From Caedibacter taeniospiralis (GTDB lineage Bacteria; Pseudomonadota; Gammaproteobacteria; Francisellales; Francisellaceae): a stretch of DNA of 21,807 nt. Shown one piece after another: positions 16,506 through 21,807 of this stretch. The translations under genes and the position numbers were made by a program. Every line of letters starts with the position of its first letter. Position 1 is the first letter of the stretch. The notes under the pieces are model-generated. The model saw only the letters and a list, made by a program, of their open reading frames with translations, was not told the origin of the DNA and searched no databases. The stretch covers positions 43,418 to 65,224 of the forward strand of contig NZ_PGGB02000006.1 in assembly GCF_002803295.2 (NCBI RefSeq). Reading direction: 5' to 3'.

Positions 16506-16541
16506 AAAGATAATCCTTTGGTGACTGAAGTTGTATTTGGC

Positions 16542-16564
16542 AAAATGTTATAATATATCCTTTT
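16542..16564. promoter_or_regulatory. Putative Zur box overlapping the znuA promoter.
   Basis: AAAATGTTATAATATATCCTTTT matches the gammaproteobacterial Zur consensus GAAATGTTATANTATAACATTTC at about 19/23 positions by my count. It lies 37-59 nt upstream of the znuA ATG and contains a TATAAT/TATTAT -10 on either strand. Confidence 0.6.
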
Positions 16565-16613
16565 TTATTTTTGGCAATTGTTAAGTTTCAATCTGGTAGA
16601 TAAAAATGATTTA

Positions 16614-16794
16614 TGCTAGAATCCGCCTCGCCTTTTGCAGGTAGTCATATTTCTCTAGTTTTGAGATATAAGGTATGCAGAAGGTTATGTTAAATGTAAA
16701 AACCACACGTTGCTCGACACACTTTTAGGGTGCCTTAGAATTCAAGGTTTAAAGGTGGGAGTGATGGCGGCTCAACCCAATATTTTGGAGAAAA
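16614..16794 (+). promoter_or_regulatory. rpsB extended -10 promoter (TGcTAGAAT, 16614-16622) plus a roughly 165-nt 5' leader. Candidate S2 autoregulatory leader.
   Basis: The extended -10 was read directly. The long untranslated leader before rpsB has a length similar to the roughly 160-nt conserved rpsB-tsf leader described for E. coli and other gammaproteobacteria. I did not verify a fold. Confidence 0.45.
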
Positions 16795-17523
16795 ATGATG
16801 TCTTTAATGAAAGAAATGTTACAAGCGGGTGTTCACTACGGTCACCAAAAGAGATTCTGGAATCCAAAAATGAGCGAATTCATTTTTGGAATTAATCATG
16901 GAATACACATTATCAACCTGGAAAAGACGGTGCCTTTATTTCAGGACGCGATTAACTTTGTTGGAAAATCTGCTGCTAAGAACGGTAAAATTTTATTTGT
17001 TGGTACTAAGCGTCAAGCACAGGAAATCGTGGCTGAAGAAGCATCCCGTTGTGGTATGCCTTACGTTAATCACCGTTGGCTAGGTGGTATGTTGACAAAT
17101 TACAAAACGATTCGTCAATCGATCAAACGTTTGCGTGATCTTGAAAAAATGCAGGAAGAAGGTGTTTTTGAACGTGTGACAAAGAAAGAAGCGCTACAAA
17201 ATGCGCGTGAGATTGAAAAGTTAGAAAAAGCCTTGGGCGGAATCAAAGACATGGGCGGTTTGCCTGATGTGCTCGTTATTATTGATAGCAAAGAAGAGCA
17301 TATCGCCATTGAAGAAGCAAAACGTCTGGGTATTCCTGTAGTGGCTGTGGTTGACAGTAACTCAAGTCCCGATGATATTGACTACGTCATTCCTGGTAAT
17401 GATGATGCGGTCAAGGCGATTCGTTTCTACTTGAGTCAGTTTGCGAATGCCATTATTGATGCGAAAAAGACGTCACATGTTGCCGAAGAAAAGACAATTG
17501 ATGCTTCTGAGGAAGAAGCTTAA
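16795..17523 (+). CDS. rpsB: 30S ribosomal protein S2.
   Basis: [28 protein letters not shown]...IHIINLEKT... is near-identical in pattern to E. coli S2. The SD is GGAG at 16787-16790. The second ATG at 16798 has better spacing than the first at 16795. Confidence 0.97.
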   Translation: MMSLMKEMLQAGVHYGHQKRFWNPKMSEFIFGINHGIHIINLEKTVPLFQDAINFVGKSAAKNGKILFVGTKRQAQEIVAEEASRCGMPYVNHRWLGGMLTNYKTIRQSIKRLRDLEKMQEEGVFERVTKKEALQNAREIEKLEKALGGIKDMGGLPDVLVIIDSKEEHIAIEEAKRLGIPVVAVVDSNSSPDDIDYVIPGNDDAVKAIRFYLSQFANAIIDAKKTSHVAEEKTIDASEEEA

Positions 17524-17564
17524 TCCTCTAGATTTTAATGAATTAACAATAAGGAATCTTATTA

Positions 17565-18440
17565 ATGACAGCTACTATTAGTGCTCAATTAGTAAAAGAG
17601 CTTCGTGAGCGCACAGGTGCGGGCATGATGGAGTGCAAAAAAGCGTTGACTCAAACCAATGGCGACATCGAAAAAGCGGTTGAAGAAATGCGTAAATCAG
17701 GTGCTGCCAAAGCGGATAAAAAAGCCTCTCGCGTTGCCGCTGAAGGGGTTGTGGTGATGGCGCAATCTGCTCATAGAGCGGTGATTGTTGAAATCAACTC
17801 TGAAACTGACTTTGTTGCACGTGATGAAAACTTTAAAGAATTCGCGGATGCGGTTGTTGCTGCGGTAGCGCGTTCAAATGCAAAGACACTGGAAGAAGTG
17901 CTCGCGCTTAATTTAGCTTCAGGTGAAACGATCGATGATGCACGTAGGAATTTGATTGCTAAAATCGGCGAGAACATCAATGTCCGCCGTGTTGGCGTGC
18001 TTGAGGGTGAAACTGTGGGTGTCTATAGCCACGGTGGTCGCATTGGCGTAATCGTTTCGATGAAGGGCGGTGATGAGACGCTGGCAAAAGATGTGGCTAT
18101 GCACATTGCTGCCTCTAATCCGATTGTGGTATCGCAGGATCAAGTGCCAGGTGAAATCGTTGAGAAAGAAAAAGAAATCTTTATCGCGCAAGCACGTGAA
18201 AGTGGGAAGCCTGATGAAATTATCGAAAAAATGATCGCAGGGCGCATTCGTAAGTTTTTAGATGAACAAAGCCTGGTTGGTCAGCCATTTGTGAAAAATC
18301 CTGACCAGAAGGTTGAGCAGTTACTTAAGGCAAACAATGCAAGTGTCACTGGGTTCATTCGTTTCGGAGTGGGCGAGGGCATTGAAAAAGTAGAAACTGA
18401 TTTTGCTGCTGAAGTAATGAGTCAGGTTCAAGGAGCATGA
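17565..18440 (+). CDS. tsf: Translation elongation factor Ts.
   Basis: [57 protein letters not shown] is the canonical EF-Ts N-terminus. It follows rpsB. Confidence 0.97.
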   Translation: MTATISAQLVKELRERTGAGMMECKKALTQTNGDIEKAVEEMRKSGAAKADKKASRVAAEGVVVMAQSAHRAVIVEINSETDFVARDENFKEFADAVVAAVARSNAKTLEEVLALNLASGETIDDARRNLIAKIGENINVRRVGVLEGETVGVYSHGGRIGVIVSMKGGDETLAKDVAMHIAASNPIVVSQDQVPGEIVEKEKEIFIAQARESGKPDEIIEKMIAGRIRKFLDEQSLVGQPFVKNPDQKVEQLLKANNASVTGFIRFGVGEGIEKVETDFAAEVMSQVQGA

Positions 18441-19162
18441 TGCTGATGTCACACCCAAAACTTAAGCGAATTTTGATTAAACTCAGCGGAGAGTCGCTGT
18501 CAACCGATGGCTTTGGTATCCAGGTTGACGCAATTAAAGCAGTGGTTGACGATCTAAAAGAGGTGCTTAAACAGGGTGTGCAAGTAGCGATAGTCATTGG
18601 CGGTGGCAATATTCTAAGGGGTGGGCGTGCAAATTTTCAAGATCAAGTTAAAAGAAGTACAGCCGATACCATGGGTATGCTTGCGACGATGATTAATGCG
18701 CTGGCATTATCAGATATACTAAGTCATGCAGGCATGGATAATGAGGTGCTTTCGGCGCGTGGTATTGATGGGGTGTTTACAGTATCAAATCCAAAACTAG
18801 CCAAGCGTTATTTGACCGAGGGAAAGGTTGTCATTTTTGCGGGAGGCACAGGTAATCCTTTTGTCACTACAGATACTACCGCAACTTTGAGAGCTGCGGA
18901 AATAGAGGCTGATGCTATTTTGAAAGTCACCACGGTGGATGGCGTTTATGACAAGGACCCCAATAAGCATAGTGATGCTACCAAGTTTGATGTTTTAAGC
19001 TTTAACGATGCTTTATCAAGAGAGTTAGCCGTGATGGATCTGGGTGCATTTGTGCAGGCGCGCGATTTTAATATTCCTATTTGCGTATTTAATTTGAGTC
19101 ATACAGGTGCGCTCAAACGTGTGCTCGATGGGGAATCAACAGGGACCTGGGTTAGAAATTAG
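18437..19162 (+). CDS. pyrH: UMP kinase.
   Basis: [12 protein letters not shown]...[13 protein letters not shown]...[13 protein letters not shown]...[23 protein letters not shown]. Three in-frame ATGs are present (18437, 18440, 18446). The ATG at 18446 has the best spacing from the AGGAG at 18431-18435. Confidence 0.96.
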   Translation: MMLMSHPKLKRILIKLSGESLSTDGFGIQVDAIKAVVDDLKEVLKQGVQVAIVIGGGNILRGGRANFQDQVKRSTADTMGMLATMINALALSDILSHAGMDNEVLSARGIDGVFTVSNPKLAKRYLTEGKVVIFAGGTGNPFVTTDTTATLRAAEIEADAILKVTTVDGVYDKDPNKHSDATKFDVLSFNDALSRELAVMDLGAFVQARDFNIPICVFNLSHTGALKRVLDGESTGTWVRN

Positions 19163-19171
19163 GAGTTAAAA

Positions 19172-19729
19172 ATGATTAAAACAATTTTAGCCGATGCCAA
19201 AGATCGCATGGAAAAGAGCCTGGAAAGCTTGCGCCATGATTTGGCAAAAATTAGAACGGGACGCGCACACCCTGATCTATTAGCGCATATCAATATTGAC
19301 TACTATGGTATAGAAACCCCTATTTCACAGGCGGCGAATATCAACGTATTGGATGCACGTACTTTGGGTATTACGCCATGGGAGAAAGGTTTGGCAGCAA
19401 AAATCGAAAAAGCAATTTTGATGTCTGATTTGGGACTAAATCCCGCTAATCTTGGAGATAGTTTACGTATTCCCATGCCAGCACTTAATGAAGAGCGCCG
19501 CAGAGAACTGGTCAAATTAGTGCGGAATGAAGCAGAAAAGGGGCGTGTTGCTATTCGTAATATTCGTCGAGATGCCAACTCAGATATTAAAGATTTGTTA
19601 AAAGAGAAAGAAATTTCTGAGGATGATGCTAAAAAAGCAGAAGACAGTATTCAAAAAATAACCAATGATATGATTGCTAAAGCCGACGCAGCAGTGCAGG
19701 AAAAAGAACAAGATTTAATGGAAATCTAA
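19172..19729 (+). CDS. frr: Ribosome recycling factor.
   Basis: [12 protein letters not shown]...SDLGLNP...[37 protein letters not shown] is collinear with E. coli Frr. Confidence 0.97.
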   Translation: MIKTILADAKDRMEKSLESLRHDLAKIRTGRAHPDLLAHINIDYYGIETPISQAANINVLDARTLGITPWEKGLAAKIEKAILMSDLGLNPANLGDSLRIPMPALNEERRRELVKLVRNEAEKGRVAIRNIRRDANSDIKDLLKEKEISEDDAKKAEDSIQKITNDMIAKADAAVQEKEQDLMEI

Positions 19730-19735
19730 AGCTTT

Positions 19736-20467
19736 ATGTCAACTCATCGCTTGCCTAAGCATGTTGCTATTATCATGGATGGGAATGGACGCTGGGCAAA
19801 AAAACGACTCTTCCCTCGGACTTCGGGGCATAAAGCGGCAGTAAAAAGTGTGCGCGCAGCGATTGAGTTTGCTGTTGAGAAAGGGGTTGATATATTAACA
19901 CTTTTTGCCTTTGGACGTGAAAATTGGCAGCGTCCTCAAGAGGAAGTTGAGACATTGATGGGGCTGTTTTCGGAAGTCCTGGTCAGTGAGATCTCTATGA
20001 TGCAAAACAATAATGTCAAACTTAGTATAGTAGGAGACCGCAGTAGACTGCCCACTCAAGTGAAAAGTAATATTCATCAGGCTGAGAGCCAAACCGCGCA
20101 TTGTACAGGGTTGCAGTTAAACGTGGCAATTGACTACAGTGGGCAATGGGAAGTCGTGGCAGCAGCAAAAAGAATAGCAGAGGCTATTCAAAACAAGCAG
20201 ATTGAATTAGATGATTTAACAGAGGAACAGTTTCAACAATATTTAATTAAGGAAATTCAAACACCAGTGGATTTATTAATCCGCACCAGTGGTGAAAAGC
20301 GAATAAGTAACTTTATGATTTGGCAGCTATCTTATGCTGAGTTATACTTCTGCCAAAAATACTGGCCAGATTTTTCTAAAAAAGATTTTCAGCTGGCTTT
20401 GGATGAGTATCAAAAGCGAATCAGGCGATTTGGCAAAACGGATGAGCAATTAGAGGGTAGAACGTGA
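19736..20467 (+). CDS. uppS: Ditrans,polycis-undecaprenyl-diphosphate synthase.
   Basis: HVAIIMDGNGRWAKKR...GHKAAVKSV...LTLFAFGRENWQRP...LLIRTSGEKRISNFMIWQLSYAELYF are canonical cis-prenyltransferase motifs. Confidence 0.96.
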   Translation: MSTHRLPKHVAIIMDGNGRWAKKRLFPRTSGHKAAVKSVRAAIEFAVEKGVDILTLFAFGRENWQRPQEEVETLMGLFSEVLVSEISMMQNNNVKLSIVGDRSRLPTQVKSNIHQAESQTAHCTGLQLNVAIDYSGQWEVVAAAKRIAEAIQNKQIELDDLTEEQFQQYLIKEIQTPVDLLIRTSGEKRISNFMIWQLSYAELYFCQKYWPDFSKKDFQLALDEYQKRIRRFGKTDEQLEGRT

Positions 20468-21261
20468 AGGAACGAATTATCACAGGGGTTATTTTAGGTC
20501 TTGTTGTTTTATGGGCGATATTTAGGCTAAGTGATGTAATATTTGACGGTGCTGTTGCGATTATTTTGCTATTTGCGGCTTGGGAGTGGGCTGCACTTGC
20601 CAATGCAAAAAATCTGATAGCGCGAGTCATTTATTTGCTGGTGACAATGTTACTCATTTACCTGTCGCAGTATTTCCAATTAATGACATTGATTGTGTCA
20701 CTATTATTCTGGCTGTTTGCTTTTTATCTTGTGCTGCGATACCCCAATGTGCGCTTTAAAGCGATGTCAGCTAGTGCGCGCTACATCATGGGTTTTCTTG
20801 TAATTGTTCCATTATGGGTATCAGTAGCATTGCTGCATCAGCAAAAGCCATCACTGCTGTTATTGATGATGTTAGTAGTAACACTTGCAGACAGTGGTGC
20901 TTATTTTGTTGGGCGGCAATATGGCAAGAAAAAGCTGGCTCCCATCATCAGTCCCAAGAAAACCATTGAAGGTTTGGTTGGCGGTGCGATATTTGGAGGT
21001 CTGGCGGGTGTCGTCTGTGCTTTGGTGATCAGCCATAGTCGTTTCGAGCAGACTGTGCTGATTATTTTATCTTTCGCTATCGTGATGGTGGCGCTTTTGG
21101 GCGACCTGTTTGAAAGTATGATCAAACGCGAGTGTGGTGTTAAGGATAGCGGCACGATTCTACCAGGGCACGGTGGCATACTGGATAGAATGGATAGTTT
21201 ATTTTCAAGTTTTCCAATTTTTGTGTTGGCTCTATTAGCGTCTGGATTGTTAGCGATTTAA
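20464..21261 (+). CDS. cdsA: Phosphatidate cytidylyltransferase (CDP-diglyceride synthase).
   Basis: Polytopic membrane protein with the C-terminal signature SMIKRECGVKDSGTILPGHGGILDRMDS. The GTG start overlaps the uppS stop (GTGA). Confidence 0.93.
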   Translation: MKERIITGVILGLVVLWAIFRLSDVIFDGAVAIILLFAAWEWAALANAKNLIARVIYLLVTMLLIYLSQYFQLMTLIVSLLFWLFAFYLVLRYPNVRFKAMSASARYIMGFLVIVPLWVSVALLHQQKPSLLLLMMLVVTLADSGAYFVGRQYGKKKLAPIISPKKTIEGLVGGAIFGGLAGVVCALVISHSRFEQTVLIILSFAIVMVALLGDLFESMIKRECGVKDSGTILPGHGGILDRMDSLFSSFPIFVLALLASGLLAI

Positions 21262-21372
21262 TGTTTCTGTTGACCTAAATGGCTTTAGACCTTAGGTGGG
21301 GGTGCACGCCTAGCCCAGCCCAGTAAGCGTAGGGCTTTGAAGTAGTCAGGAAAATATTGGATAGCAGTTAGA

Positions 21373-21807
21373 ATGAGTAAGAAGAAAGACCTAAACAGAC
21401 CAAAATACGATGAATTTGCCAAATTCAACCTTGAGCAAAGAGATATTGCCGAGGAATTAATAAGGCGCCTTTTACCGCAAGAGTTAGCTAATCTTGCTGA
21501 GTTTGATAAAATGCAGCTGGAGCCAAGTGAGCATATTGATCCTGAGCTTAGAAAATTAATCAGTGATGTGCTTTGGAGTGTGCCGATTAAAGGCAAACGT
21601 GCTTATATATATTTTCTCGTCGAGCATGAGAGTGGACTCAAAGAACATGATCTTTTGCCCTTTAGATTTCATAAGTATGTGATTAGGATTATGGAAAAGC
21701 ATTTAGCCAAGGGTAATGAGAAGCTTCCTATCGTAATACCGATCTTGCTTTATCATGGCACCAAGGAAAAATACCCGCATAGTGTCAGTATTTTTGATTG
21801 CTTTGAA
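21373..21807 (+). CDS. Rpn/YhgA-family recombination-promoting nuclease / putative transposase (PD-(D/E)XK, Transposase_31-like). N-terminal 145 aa only; the gene runs off the right edge.
   Basis: My own translation from the ATG at 21373 is MSKKKDLNRPKYDEFAKFNLEQRDIAEELIRRLLPQELANLAEFDKMQLEPSEHIDPELRKLISDVLWSVPIKGKRAYIYFLVEHESGLKEHDLLPFRFHKYVIRIMEKHLAKGNEKLPIVIPILLYHGTKEKYPH... The pattern D-x-(L/V)-(W/F)...YIY(F/L)L(V/I)EH(E/Q)S...(M/L)PFR...Y...I...LP.V.PIVLY(H/N)G is typical of this family. It is open to the window end and therefore absent from the ORF track. Confidence 0.8.
   Translation, partial: MSKKKDLNRPKYDEFAKFNLEQRDIAEELIRRLLPQELANLAEFDKMQLEPSEHIDPELRKLISDVLWSVPIKGKRAYIYFLVEHESGLKEHDLLPFRFHKYVIRIMEKHLAKGNEKLPIVIPILLYHGTKEKYPHSVSIFDCFE

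Noticed and set aside
21342-21350. The GTAGTCAGG(T)AAAAT string is shared between the ald-upstream hairpin (12426-12439) and the cdsA-rpn spacer. I considered this as a possible dispersed repeat or MITE.
   Set aside because: The identity is only about 13-14 nt. Exact 10-mer coincidences are expected many times in a 21.8-kb window, and the flanks do not align.
21285-21596. The 103-aa minus-strand ORF offered by the ORF track.
   Set aside because: It is antisense to a plus-strand frame with clear Rpn-family motifs and has Ser/Leu-rich low-complexity composition. It is a shadow ORF.
1-21807. I looked for CRISPR arrays, tRNA/rRNA genes, IS elements with terminal inverted repeats, integrases or att-like direct repeats flanking the 1-5700 islet.
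   Set aside because: I found no regularly spaced direct repeats, no tRNA-like T-arm or anticodon structures in the intergenic regions, and no transposase or integrase ORFs other than the Rpn-family gene. Long-range repeat detection by eye is limited, so a computational self-dotplot should confirm this.

Overview
AT-rich gammaproteobacterial chromosomal segment. A Legionellaceae-like origin is my low-confidence guess from protein style and the chromosomal class D beta-lactamase; it is not verified. The window has two parts. (1) Positions 1-5700 are an accessory-looking islet. It holds a partial PF09820-type AAA-ATPase at the left edge, a 73-codon ORF with no ATG, and an AAA+ ATPase with a C-terminal PD-(D/E)XK (DUF4143-type) module. 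These are followed by an overlapping VOC/glyoxalase-fold gene and APH-family kinase, a mazEF toxin-antitoxin pair with an operator palindrome, a class I SAM methyltransferase and an OXA-like class D beta-lactamase. (2) Positions 5700-21260 are densely packed housekeeping genes. They are yggX, a lipoprotein gene and mnmG (minus strand); lptB-rsmH-ftsL-ftsI; ald; a znuA-znuC-znuB-zur operon (minus strand) with a good Zur box; and rpsB-tsf-pyrH-frr-uppS-cdsA. At the right edge an Rpn/YhgA-family PD-(D/E)XK gene, absent from the ORF track because it runs off the window, sits where cdsA neighbours are usually envelope genes. I saw no rRNA, tRNA, CRISPR array, IS element with inverted repeats, or integrase. 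I do not see compelling evidence for a wholly new multi-gene system. The best candidates for follow-up are the ATPase-nuclease/VOC/kinase cluster with its palindromic operator, and the MazEF-associated islet of small-molecule-modifying enzymes. All functional calls come from motif recognition by eye. No searches were run.
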